Positions 50,148 to 61,994 of a DNA stretch of 64,000 bases are shown in pieces. Under the pieces are notes generated by a model that saw nothing but the letters and a program-made list of their open reading frames with translations, had not been told where the DNA came from and searched no databases. Made by a program: the position numbers and the translations under genes. The stretch is from Schmidtea polychroa (Eukaryota). Every line of letters starts with the position of its first letter. Position 1 is the stretch's first letter. The stretch lies in NCBI GenBank assembly GCA_044892525.1, contig CM097885.1, positions 21,392,001-21,456,000 on the forward strand. Reading direction: 5' to 3'.

Positions 50148-51316
50148 AAAAATCCAAACCCAGATAGCGCAGTGGGCTAGACTGGCACAGTGGTTCAAAT
50201 AGATAGCGGTTCAAATCATATCTGAGGTTAGTTTTTTTTCAACATAAAATAATATTAAAAATTTGAAAATAATATTGTGGGTATCTTAAATTTATATTTT
50301 ATTTTATTTATTTTTATTTTATTTTATATATTTTATTTTATTTTTTAAACATAAATATGAAAAAAAATTATTGAAACGGGTGTGATGGTGAACCGGTAAT
50401 TATCGCCACCAGTCTTTCGAACACACCCCGGATCGATTCTTTAATGTGCACATTTATTTCTCAGTTGTTTTCGGACCTCTTTCGGATTCACTTTCGAATT
50501 CATTTGTACTTTCGAGCAGCACGCTTAAAACGCCGATGAAATCGTATTCGAGCGAGAAGCGAATAATAAGGTGTGCTGCTATTATCGAATTGATTCTGAT
50601 GTATGAGTCTGGCCAGCTTGTATATTGGAAGAGATTCGATAAACGAAAGAGGTTGAATAAAAAAATGATCCGGATCAAAAAAACTGTTGAGAGGACAATG
50701 AAAAAAAAAAAAAAAATACCACTGTCCTCTCAGAGCAGTTTTACTATTTCATAAAATTTTTATTCTTCAAGACATCAAGATTAAGATTTATAAAATTATA
50801 AATTAGTCAAATAGCAACTTGCTAGTTGACATCCTCAAGTAGTGTGTTTATATCCCTAACCAAAATAGCCCTCTAACTTTTTCATAATACCATTTTCTTT
50901 TCTATTCTCTTTATGTTTTTAGTTTGAAGCTTTTGAGTTTGAGGCTTTAAAGATTAAAACAGTTAGAGCCATTAAGGGTGGTTGTTTTCAAAATATAGGG
51001 TTAAAATACTATAAAAGTATAAGTTTTAGGTTGTTTTTCTAATGGTTTAAGCGTAATGGAGGTATGTTTTGTTGGGAGGGCTGTCGCTGTAAGTATTTCC
51101 ATTGGAATATAGGTTAGAATTAGAAATACAAGCAGATCCCTGCTCAAATCCTTTGAAGAATAATTTAAATATTATGGGAAGTGTGGATTAACTTGGAAAT
51201 AAGGGCCGATCCCTGCTTAAAACCTTTGGAAGATAGTTTAAATTTTCATAAATATCAAGGAAAATACCTAGCAACATTTATAAATAGAAAAATAAGGGCG
51301 CATCCCTGCACAAAAT
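50148..51316. repeat. Right TIR
   Basis: Reverse complement of 35610-36773. Confidence 0.92.
50158..50239 (+). ncRNA. tRNA-sized Pol III-type unit in the right TIR
   Basis: ACCCAGA TAGCGCAGTGG ... GGTTCAAATC ATATCTGAGGTT AG TTTTTTTT. Confidence 0.55.
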
Positions 51317-52319
51317 TTTGAAAAGAAACAATAGAAAACATCTAGAAATGAGGACTATTATGTTAAATGTTTACTCTTAGTTTGTGTCTAATTTGTATAG
51401 ATTATTTAGGAAATTTGATGAGCCCGAAAGAGTCTCCGTTAAAACTTGTGGCGGGACAATCGGGGTGCGTGTGTATCTGCGTGCTTATTACACCCCAAAT
51501 AAAACGTATAATAAAATTAACAACAACACTTATAAACGATAACAAATTTTATTAAAGAAATAATATATATAAAATAATCGACCTGAAACCTCGGCTCATA
51601 GAAATTGGACCAGTCTTTATAATTTTCTTTTTTATCTTTTTCGGGATTCTATTCTTGAATTGTTAATGCTTGATAATATTCCTTTTAATATTTTTCTGAA
51701 CTTTAATCTCGAGTATCTTAAGATTAATCTTCTATATAACTTTCTGTTTTCTTGGTTTTTACATTTGTAATTCGATTTTTTTTATTTTGTCGATTTTTTT
51801 ACTATAGGGATAATTTACTATAGTAATGAAATTTTCAATCCTTAATATAACATGGTAATGGAAGGAGATTCTCTCTATAGCTGAAGAATACCATTTTGAA
51901 CTGCTGTAGGTTAGTTAGCTTAACGGCAACGATCTGATTATGAAGATGATTTTGTTGACGGAAACCTTGGGGAACGGTCATGAGTGAATGATGTAGTTCT
52001 TATGAGTACTCAGGTCATCTATGCATTATCAAATCCTAAACGGCATGGTAATATTTAATTTTATAGCTGTTAGTTACTAATCGTCATAAATTGTTTTCTG
52101 TATTTTCGTTGTATAACTAATTTTAATGCAGTTTACAGATTATACTTATAGTAATCTAGTTTCTGGATTATGATTTTTAGAAATGAAACTTTGAACTTGT
52201 ATTTACGCTTTATGGCTAGCTATACTTTACCATTTTGTGACATCGAGTTTACAGTGTGAGATCCATATTTTTAGAAAAAAAACAATTATAGTTGGTGCTC
52301 ACTATTGGATAGCTACTTA

Positions 52320-52680
52320 TAATAAAATCGAGATTATAAATTGTAATGTATAGTTTCAGGAAACGAAATTTCTAGTTTATGATTATTATTTTATAATTGA
52401 TTATAATTTATATTTTATAAAATTGAATTTACAGTTTATAATTTATAGTTTTAAGAAATTATAGTTTTATAATTATTAATTTATAGTTTATAATTATTAA
52501 TTTACGACTAAATATAATTTATGTTTTGTAATATCGACTTTATGATTTATAGTTTTAAGAAATAGACTTTATAATTTATAATTATTATTTTACAACTATA
52601 TATATAATTTATATTTGATACCAGCACATTTTGTCACTTTTACGAGATTTTTAGTTCTAGAAATCAGTTGTAGCCCAACA
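52320..52680. mobile_element. Deleted fragment of the giant-LTR family
   Basis: Family AT-rich repeat followed by terminus CTAGAAATCAGTTGTAGCCCAACA; left boundary uncertain. Confidence 0.65.
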
Positions 52681-53249
52681 CTACTCACGATATTTTCCTC
52701 CTCAGCGATAGCGTCATTCAACCGAATTAAATGCTTTTCTTTATTTGATTTCTTCTAGCAATGATATAGGTGATTTCAATTGTTCTGTGTTAAATGATTG
52801 GATTAAAGTGATGGCGTAGGTTAATTGAGTAACAGTATAAGAAATTTTACATTCATATCGGGATTTCAAACGTCTAGGTTAACATTTTGAATTTACTGTT
52901 CTCCTAAACTGAAAATTTGGAATAAAATAACGATATATGAAATCTGCTGCTCATAATTTAATTTCTAATGATCAAACAAAAATTCTAAATTAAGGTTACT
53001 CCGCTAAATTTTGAATAGAGTTTTCTTCTGGGGTTAAATAATTTAAATTGTTTACCTTACCGTACGATATTTAACCATTGTTTGTCATCCTTCGGGCAAG
53101 TTTCCCTGCGATTTTCTACAACGATAAAATAATACAAGCACCACGAAATTTCCAAGGTTTTTCTAAAGTTTATGAACATTCATTGTGCGACCATTCGGTA
53201 GTCTTTGACTATAACTATCGTTTTTTAGGTTTTTTTGGAATTACGCCTG

Positions 53250-53540
53250 TCCCAGTTGCACCCAACACTACTTTAAAACCATGTTTCTCGTGTGCGGACA
53301 AGAACGCCGCCAACAAAGTTCTTCATGCCGAAATTGGTCGTCTCGAGAAGCAGATAGATTGCCTGGCAGGGACCTGGTTCAACCCTGGCCAGATGAAAGA
53401 ATCTACAAAGAAAACACTTCAATTGGAAAACTGCAGGGATAGCCTGTTAGAGGAAAACGTGGCACAACGCGTGCTCATTCGTGAACAGTCCCAAGCTTTA
53501 CGCCTAATCTATTCCTATTCAGAATTGGCAAAACGTATTG
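53250..53540 (+). pseudogene. Diverged paralogue of the LTR coiled-coil ORF
   Basis: LAGTWFNPGQMK vs LEGTWFSPAEMK and LESTWFSPEDMK. Confidence 0.6.
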
Positions 53541-53562
53541 TGGAGTTGCCCATTGTAGACAA

Positions 53563-53672
53563 GGCCCTTTTGTTATAGGCCCTTTTGTTGGGGGCCTTTA
53601 TGCCGGGGGCCTTTATGTCAGGGGCCTTTATGTCAGGGGCCGTTTTGTCACGGGCCCTTTTGACGGTGTACC
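53563..53672. repeat. ~16-bp tandem array (GGGGCCTTTATGTCA) ending TGTACC; probable DNA-transposon terminus
   Basis: About 7 units directly visible. Confidence 0.6.
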
Positions 53673-53772
53673 ATATTCATATCAATATAACCATATTCAT
53701 ACTAACAAAAATTTAGTAGTGGTTTAAGCTGGCTAATTTAGCTACTTTATTAGGTGATTTTTTTTTATCACG

Positions 53773-54012
53773 TGATGGGTTACTGGTGGTCGAATGTTTA
53801 AGTGCTGTTACCAGCGTAACCCAACACACAACATTGTTTTCCTCTTGGTACCCGTTGAGCAATCAACGTTGGTACTGTACCAAGGGGTTGAGTACTCGCA
53901 AAAAGTGAGCGCGTCAAGCACTGTAATTGTCAAGCACTCTATGGGTTCACGGACGCCGATAGAAGGCACGTGTCCGATTTCTTTCGGTCCCTCATCGAGA
54001 TTGTTTTTCCAA
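53773..54012 (+). ncRNA. Conserved structured RNA-like motif, copy B
   Basis: Same stems as copies A and C; GCAA tetraloop. Confidence 0.65.
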
Positions 54013-54140
54013 ACGCCTTTCTACCAGTCATCTTGTTTTAAACAACCGCAAAGTTCAATCTCATACTCATTAGACAACAAGAATCATTTATTTGATCAAT
54101 ACTATATTACAAAGATTGTTTACGCACTCTCGAACGTCTC

Positions 54141-54580
54141 TCAGGATCGTGGATTGGCTTCGGTCTCTTTCAATTTCTCCTGTTCGGCTAGCCAGGCCCT
54201 TTTCAATTTGTCGCGGGTATTCCGCCCTAGCCGTTTGCGTTTCGGCTTGCTTGCCTGGGCTGGTGGGTATATCTGGGCCAACTCTACGGAAAGTGGACGA
54301 ATCTGCTCGCAAAGGGTGTCCTGGACGAATCTTTCGTTCAATTTACTCTCGAGCGAGCGCACTTGTAGCTTCAGCGCTCGGATCTCGAGTTGATCTTGTC
54401 CCGCCTGGGTCTGGAGTTGTGAGATGCGCGTGGTTTGTTTCTTCATCTCAGCCGGACTGAACCAAGTACCTTCGAGTTCTCGGCACTTGATCTTGAGCTT
54501 CTCAACCCGACTTCGAAGGTCTTCGGCTTGCTGCTGGGCCCGTTCGCGGTCCTTACGTAGGTTTTCGAGTAACTGGTACA
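54141..54580 (-). CDS. LTR-encoded coiled-coil protein with a basic patch (exon after acceptor 54582-54581)
   Basis: Clear paralogue of 56650-57119; KPKRKRLGRN. Confidence 0.75.
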
Positions 54581-54985
54581 CTGAATGGAAACAATAATAA
54601 AACTCCATCGCTTGCTGTCATGTGCGTAAAGGTGATTCGCTTGGTGGTGTAAAATTTATAGCTGAAGGCTGAGGAAGGACCCCCCGATCCTGAGGACACC
54701 TCATAAACTATAAGGCCCAAATGCAAATACAGGGAAAAGTAATTTATGATATGAGGAATACACATGATTAAATATAATATTACTAATTTTAATAAAATAC
54801 AAATTCTACAAAATTGTCATGTCGGCTACGAAAGAAGTCAAACACAATCATATAATATTACTAATTTTAATAAAATACGAATTCTACAAAATTGTCACGT
54901 CAGCTACGAAAGAAGTCAAACACAGTCACCATAACATTATGTCCGATGGATCAATTAGTTTGTTCAATCCACCACTGCCGTCGGA

Positions 54986-55338
54986 TTAAGCAGGGTTCTT
55001 CCGGGGCCTCCCTCGTTTCCTCGGAGGTGCCTCGGCCTCTTCCAATTCTTCCAGGGACGCTCCTTCCCTCTCGGCTCTGATTTGTAGATCGATCTTCTTG
55101 AGCCGGGTTTGAGCGGTTTCCACATCCCAGGCCGCCTGATCTCGGGCCTCCTGCAACCGGTTATTCTCCGGTTCCACCTTCACCCATGCCTGGGCATCGG
55201 GCTCTGGGCCGGTCCGGATAATCCGATTGGAACAGTCCAGGTCCCGCCCCTGACACCATCGATGAATATGGTGCCAGATGTACCGCGTGTCCATTGCTTG
55301 TCCTCTTCGCTGCTGGGGTTATCGTTTGGTGGTGCCAT
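54986..55338 (-). pseudogene. LTR-encoded AT-hook protein, 5' frameshift
   Basis: TRYIWH..GPEPDA.AWVK.EP...RKRGRPRK; paralogue of 57330-57695. Confidence 0.7.
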
Positions 55339-56251
55339 GCCTGGAATGTATACGTTAATACCCGTTTAACTCACGTCACTTATCAATGGTCGTCATAATA
55401 AAATACATCGAATTAACTCACACATCAATGACTAAGTTTATTACGATTGTTATAACTACTTTTATCAAAGAAAATAAGTTTTGTTTATAGGTTTTACCAA
55501 TTTAATTTTTAACTACTTAAAATTAAATAACTTTTATAAAAAAAAAAAGTTTTGTTTATAAGTTTTACCAATTTAATTTTACCATTATTATCATCACCCT
55601 GATTTAAGGCCTTTTGTTTGATCACGGTAATCGTTGTTAAGGTTACGTAACAACTCCCACATTTCTTATGTTTAGTCAGCACGGATATACTAAAGGGAAG
55701 AAATTCAGGTATCCAATATTCATATCTTAAGATTTTTCATCGCAACTTAGTGATATCAGTAGCCGACCCCAAATCTCGATCAGTTACTATTACCTGATAA
55801 TATGCTATGGTCCCTCGCATGGACGAAGAGAGCTTGGCGATGCCAAGGAGAAAAGTTGGCGATTGCCTCGATAATTGAGTCGATATTAACTTATAAAGAA
55901 CTCAGTGATCCCGATTAGTAACCTTTGTTTGGAATTTTTTGTTTTGCTTGGATGCTAATATAACGTGAATCTTCGATTTTGGACAAAGTAAAACTTCCTA
56001 GTAAGGAAAAAACTTATTTTAACGAAGATGCTTCGATTTCTTTTACTTTTTGAAATTTCGGGAACTTCCCAGATCGGGATCGGATTGATGAATAAGGTTA
56101 GTATGGATAATGATGATGATAACAATAGTAATTATAGTAAGAGTAATAGCAATGTCAATTATGATAATAGTAATAAATAATAATAATGTTTATCCTGACA
56201 ATACCAATGGTAATAGTAATCACACTAGAATAACGGTAATCATGATAATAT

Positions 56252-56493
56252 TGGTGGGTTACTGGTGGTTGAATGATTGAGTGCTGTTACCAGCGTAACC
56301 CAAAATACAACATTGTTTTTCCGCTTGGTACCCGTTGAGTGATCAACGTTGGTACTGTACCAAGGGTTGAGTACTCGCAAAAAGTGAGCGCATCAAAGCA
56401 CTATAGTTGTCGAGTACTCCGTGGGTTCACGGACTACCGATAGAAGGTGTGTGTCCGATTTCTCAGGTCCCTTTATCAAAATTGTTTTCCCAA
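56252..56493 (+). ncRNA. Conserved structured RNA-like motif, copy C
   Basis: Same stems as copies A and B; GTGA tetraloop. Confidence 0.65.
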
Positions 56494-56649
56494 CCTTATG
56501 CACAAACTCTCATTTCCCAGGCAATCATAAACTGTACTAGTCATTATTTTATCACTACAAAACGTGCAGTATTTTAACAAGGAACATATTATTTGAAGAC
56601 TACCACAATACATAAAAATACTACAAAACACCTAAAACCGAATATAAGT

Positions 56650-57119
56650 TCAAACAGGCCTATTGGTAGGACTGGCCAATTCCGTCGCAGCTGCTAGTGA
56701 CGAATTTGCTTGTCGCTCGTATTCGGCCAGTCTAGCTTTCTTCAATTTTTCCCGAATATTTCGGCCTAACCGCTTTCTTTTGGGTTTCTCTTTCGCGGCC
56801 GGGGGGTATATTGCTGCTAGTTCCACGGTCAACGGCCGGATTTGGTTTATGGCGGCTCCGTGAACTACTTGTTCATTTCGCTCGGTTTCTAGCGCGCGGA
56901 GCTGGAGCTTCAGTGCCCGGATCTCCATCTGATCCTGCGCGGCTTGAGTCTGCAGTTGAAGGACCCGCGCCACCTTCCTTTTCATATCCTCGGGACTAAA
57001 CCAGGTGCTTTCTAGTTCCCGGCACCGTCCCTTGAGCTTGTCTACTCGTATGCGGAGCTCCTCGGACTGTTTTTGAGCTTCTGCCCTATCTCTTCGCAGA
57101 TTTTCCAATAGTTTGAACA
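56650..57119 (-). CDS. LTR-encoded coiled-coil protein (exon after acceptor 57121-57120)
   Basis: Open frame conserved with copy B despite nucleotide divergence. Confidence 0.75.
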
Positions 57120-57329
57120 CTAGATAAATTCAACGATTATATTCTTGCAGCATACTATTCATTCAATTATAAAATAAAATCAATATTATAAATAAACATA
57201 GTTTCGGAGGTTAAGCACGCAATACACAAGATGATTTATTAAAAGGACTGAAATAATTATCACTAAAATCAAAGTTTAATAAAGTCACAACTGAATGATA
57301 ATTTGCAAAAACAAAATTTCGACGATAAG

Positions 57330-57695
57330 TCAGTTCAGTCGCTTGCGAGGCCTTCCCCTCTTCCGCGGGGTTGCCTCGGCCTCTTCTAGGTCCTCCACGG
57401 TTTTTCCCTCCTTTTCTGCTTGGATTTGTAGCTCGATCTTCTTGAGCCGCATCTGAGCTGCTTCTACCTCGATGGCCGCTCGGTCGCGGGCCTCTTGCAA
57501 AAAATCGTTTGTGGGCTCTGTTTTTACCCACGCCGGAGCGTCCGGCTCCGGCCCACTCCTGATTACTGGGCCAAAGTTGTCGAGGTCCAAACCCCGATTC
57601 CAATCATGGATACGGTGCCATATGTACCGTGTACGGAGTCTGGTAAGCATCTGTCGGTCGGCTTCTTCGTGGCTATCGCTGTCAGAGTAGGACAT
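57330..57695 (-). CDS. LTR-encoded small AT-hook protein
   Basis: 121 aa; C-terminal PRKRGRPRK; conserved with copy B. Confidence 0.78.
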   Translation of the reverse strand: MSYSDSDSHEEADRQMLTRLRTRYIWHRIHDWNRGLDLDNFGPVIRSGPEPDAPAWVKTEPTNDFLQEARDRAAIEVEAAQMRLKKIELQIQAEKEGKTVEDLEEAEATPRKRGRPRKRLN

Positions 57696-58214
57696 TTCTA
57701 CAAAATAATAATCAAGCCCCTCTATACTGATTGAGATACGACGTCAACCACAAGATTTTGTTGACCCTTTTTCCCTTTTAAAAAAAAAATATTTTATTTT
57801 TAAGACTAACATCTATAAGCTTAGGAGTAGTGGAATAAGGTTTCCTACTTTATCAAAACAAACACACAAAAAAAAATTTTCGTCAAAATTCGTTTGTTTA
57901 AATTAATCATTTCCATTCAAAATTTTGTTTACCACTGAGTAGTAATTTTAATTACTATTTATAAATTTTAATTTACATGTTAATAAAATGTGAATTTTTT
58001 CCTTTTTGATCGTCATTTTTAGGCCACTAAATTCGGGCACGCTGGGGCGACAGGTACTAGCAACGAACTAAGCTCTTCGTCTGCTTACCTTTCCTTCGGT
58101 TGTGCTCGTTATGAGTGGTTTGCTCTGCATACAAGTAATTTATTTAATTTGCTAATTTCTAAATTTCCAGGTGATCGATATCGGATTGGGATATCGATTT
58201 TTTTGTAGTTAACT

Positions 58215-58560
58215 GTAATAATACCAATAATAATAACAATGAAATAACGATACTAATAATAATAATAATAATGACAATAATAATACTAATAATAGCAATG
58301 ATAGTAATAATAATAAGAATAATAATAGATTTTAATAATGGTAATAATAATAATACTAATAATAGTAATAACAAGAATAATAATAAATTTTTATAATGGT
58401 ACTGATAATGATGATAATAATAATAATGCTAATTATGATATTCATAATAATGATAATAATGATATAATAATAATAAGAATAATAATACTAATAGTAATGA
58501 TAATGTTGATACTGCTAATAGTAATAACAAGGGAAATGATCAGGATTATGATGACTATAA
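58215..58560. repeat. Degenerate (AAT)n microsatellite
   Basis: Directly visible. Confidence 0.9.
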
Positions 58561-59844
58561 TTTTATAATCCCATGTTTTAGAATTACAAATTCATGTTTT
58601 ATAATTTACACTTTGATAATTTTCGATTTATAATTTAAAATTTTTCCATTTAGGGATTTACAACCTTGTAATTTATAATTATAATTTCATATTTTGAAAT
58701 TTATACATTCATATTTTATAAGTTGTAATTGCTTAACTTATAATTTATAAGTTTATAATCTAAAATTTATACTTTTGTAATTCGTATTTTCATACTTTAT
58801 ATTTGAAATTTTTAGTCGACGGAATATACTTCTTACAACTTCCTTTCTATGATCAACATTGTTTTCCGCAGTACTTACAAATTTCCTGGTCCTATTTGTG
58901 GATTAAACTTCAGGGTTCTAGCGCGTCTATCGCCTATCTGTAACCAATCCTAAGTTGATTTTTATACGAAAAATTGTTTACTACTATCTCTGATCAGACT
59001 TTCTCCATTAACAATTTACATTTTCAGGATCGACGTGATTTGTACCTAGCTATCGTAATTATTTATAACTTATAGTTTTATAGTTAACAACAAGAGTATT
59101 ACAACTAAGAGCCTACACATTTACAAACCTTTTAAAGTGGGAACTAGATTTAAAATGTCTATCTTTACTCGGAATCAGTATCCCTAGATCAAGTTATACC
59201 TGTACGTATGCCGAATATCTCTCTTATTTCTATTACTTTATCAAAGATCCTTACTACAAAATCTAGTTCGGCATATGTCTAAGTATAATTGAAATTACCA
59301 TTATGAATCAACGAGCTACATTAATGTGAGTGTAGAATTGTGTAATTTTAGGTACGAGCTCTACTCAAATTAGAACCTTAGTGTAGAGTTATTGTTCAGG
59401 ATTTTAAGTGTTGAGTTTAATTGTATATTACGCAATGAGTCGGGAAGAATATTGCTTCCATGGCCCCACTGTGACCACGTCCACAAACCTTAGTGTTGTG
59501 TGCTAAGTCAACCATTTACGGCTGACCTTAAATAAATACGAAGAGTCAGGCGGAGGGTTTCCTCGACCTAACTCCATGGCAGGACCATGAAGTAGTTCGA
59601 CCTCCGGCTGACCCGAACAAAAAGAAATCATATAATAAATATCACTATAATAATGATAATGCGTGTCTGCATGTCCTGTTAATAACGATTTTAATAAATT
59701 GGATGCAGGACTGAACAACGACGCAGGAATACCAGTACGCCGTTGATCACTCATACATCGCAAAAAAAAAATTTTAAGCAAAAATAAATTTAAAATACCA
59801 TCTATATAATTAAACAATTAATATACAAATAAAGATCAATGCTT

Positions 59845-59922
59845 ACTATCGATTTTGGAAATTTCGTCACAAAAATTTGGCATAAAAGTGATTATTGTGA
59901 CTGAAACGTGTCAGTATATATA
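59845..59922 (-). promoter_or_regulatory. Putative LTR TATA box, short leader exon and splice donor
   Basis: Minus strand TATATATA...TCAGTC...GATA|GTAAGC; the homologous site in the solo LTR (about 17505-17620) has TATATAAA and GTAAGTAAG. Confidence 0.5.
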
Positions 59923-60931
59923 CCTATTTAGTACACGTGTATGTATTGATGCATTAAAACAAACTCGAATTCTTTTTATTCCAGAATTTTCTATTTTACG
60001 ATTTTGCTATTTTTAATGGCAATTTTTGTGCCATAATTTTTGTTTTTATTTTTATATTTTTATTTTTTAATTATTTTTCATTAATTTTACGTCCATGATG
60101 GATTTGGAACGGTTCCAGAACATTCTATTTTACTTTTAATTTAATTTTTATTTTAACTGATGTTTTTATGAATTCTTTTTGAGATTTTTTATTTTTAATA
60201 CTAATTTATTTATTTTCCTTAACTTTTGTTGTTCTAGATAACTCTTGTGATGGTCATCGCCATTTTTATAGAATGTTCTGGGTTTTTCTGGAATGTTTTA
60301 CTGTTTTTATCGTCTTTTAAGTTATTCGAGTCTGTTTTTTGTAACTCTGTGTTTATTTGGTTATTTTTGAGTTAGATTTTTGCATCACTTCTTGCTTTTG
60401 TATAATTTTGTTTAATTTCTTTGTTTATGTTTTTGTTGCTTTCTCCTTTAGTTAATATTGTTTATTTGGTGTAGGTTTTAATATTTAACTATACTTGGTG
60501 CTTTTTTACTTGCTGTGTACCTACGCGTTTCAGTCACAATTAGTATTTTGGGTCTAGAAATCAGTTCTAGCCCAACATAAACCACTCGGGGGCCCATAAA
60601 ATTGCGACCCGCAATTTAAATCATAAGATGAAGAAAATTATTTTCAGAATACTTGCACTATATTACAAGTGCCTACATGCAAATTGGGTCCACGAGCTAC
60701 AGGGTCGTGACCTCAATACCCACATACATAAAAAGGCTACTATTATACTACATTCTACGGATGGGTTGAAAGATGAAGAAAAAGAACGACCGAGGTCGGT
60801 CCACACAAAAATAAAATTATCATGCTCAAGAATCAATGTTATTAGTCACAATCAGTCTCAGTCTTTGAAATCATGATTGTTTGATAATGTTTTATAATGT
60901 CATGAAATGTTTATACTGTCGTGATGTCACA

Positions 60932-61918
60932 TTAATAAAATTCGGTTGTTCGGGATCTCGTCTCGATGACGGCTCTGGTTTCAATGTTTGGGGAAGATTT
61001 GAAGTAGCTTGGTTGGTTCGTTGTTTGGACTAGCTGTTCTTCCATTGGGATACGAATACTTCTTGATTGTTCCTTTAGTTTGAGGGTTTTGTTTCTTTTT
61101 TTACTGGAATTGGGTTTGAGTGCAATCAGGCTCAGTACGGTGATGTTTATCATTAGGCTCGCCGCTAATAGGATCAATATTGTGAGGGATTCAGACTCTC
61201 TCGGTTCTATTACTTTGGGTTTGTTTATAATTTCTTTTAATTGGGTTGTATCCGCCGTTTCTGATTTTTCGGGCTTATTGAATTTGTTTTCTTCTGAGGT
61301 GACAACTTTCTTTATTGCCTCAAGGGTTTTAATCATCTTCTCGGAGTTCGTTGGGTTTTTGTTTATGGTAGTTAGGATTTCCCTTGTCATTTCTTTCAGG
61401 GTTTTCGTTACCTCATTTTTAGTGCTGGGTTCCTCTTTGATGATGGAAGTTATTTTTCCTTTCATTTCCTCCAAAGATTTTACTACTGTTTCGCAATTGC
61501 TTGATCGTCCATAGGCGGTTGCTGTTACCTGTTGTTTTATTTCCTCTAATATTATTACCATCATTCTCATTGCGGCTGGATCTGTTTGGGATTCTCTCTT
61601 TGATTTCTGACTTTGACATTGTTTGGCTAATGTTGCTATCTGGGTTCTGATGACTTTCATTTCTTGTTCTAACATTGTTTTTATTGTCTGAGCCATTTGC
61701 ACTTCCGTCGAACTTTCAGTTGTTTGTGGACATTGCGAACATTGTAACTTGATTTGTTCGCATTCCTCATTGGGTTTTTCGCAGATCGATTTAAAGCTAC
61801 TACATGTACTATCTTCTCTGCGATATGGGTATTCTTTCTGGCATCTGATCATTGATTCTTCTGCTTGCAGGATTTTTGGCATTGTCATTATAATCATCAT
61901 CACGATTAGGCTTCTCAT
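60932..61918 (-). CDS. Type I membrane protein (signal peptide, Cys-rich N-terminus, helical repeats, TM) in env-like position
   Basis: MRSLIVMMIIM..., clustered Cys, repeated (VV/VT/MI)K(S/T)LxE/A helices, TM LTILILLAASLMINITVLSLIAL, basic cytoplasmic start. Confidence 0.75.
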   Translation of the reverse strand: MRSLIVMMIIMTMPKILQAEESMIRCQKEYPYRREDSTCSSFKSICEKPNEECEQIKLQCSQCPQTTESSTEVQMAQTIKTMLEQEMKVIRTQIATLAKQCQSQKSKRESQTDPAAMRMMVIILEEIKQQVTATAYGRSSNCETVVKSLEEMKGKITSIIKEEPSTKNEVTKTLKEMTREILTTINKNPTNSEKMIKTLEAIKKVVTSEENKFNKPEKSETADTTQLKEIINKPKVIEPRESESLTILILLAASLMINITVLSLIALKPNSSKKRNKTLKLKEQSRSIRIPMEEQLVQTTNQPSYFKSSPNIETRAVIETRSRTTEFY

Positions 61919-61994
61919 CTTTACATATACATATACGTTAATAATAATTACTTGGCTTTATTTACAATTTATTTACACGGTTATTTTGTCTCAT

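Larger units (their letters stand above)
35610..51316. mobile_element. Polinton/adintovirus-like endogenous element with a rearranged right end
   Basis: pPolB, A32-like ATPase, rve integrase, adenain fragment, PLA2-like domain and capsid-sized ORF, between ~1.17 kb inverted repeats. Confidence 0.92.
53773..56251. mobile_element. Giant LTR copy B, interrupted by copy C
   Basis: TGATGGGTTAC terminus, structured motif, and the same two ORFs as copy C. Confidence 0.75.
56252..60577. mobile_element. Giant LTR copy C (4.3 kb), followed by internal region to the window end
   Basis: ATAT|TGGTGGG...CCCAACA; no ATAT on the right; ends homologous to 12537-18342. Confidence 0.82.

Noticed and set aside
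58159..58568. Hydrophobic and Asn-rich ORFs (also 14049-14420 and 31040-31264)
   Set aside because: Translations of AAT/ATT microsatellites.
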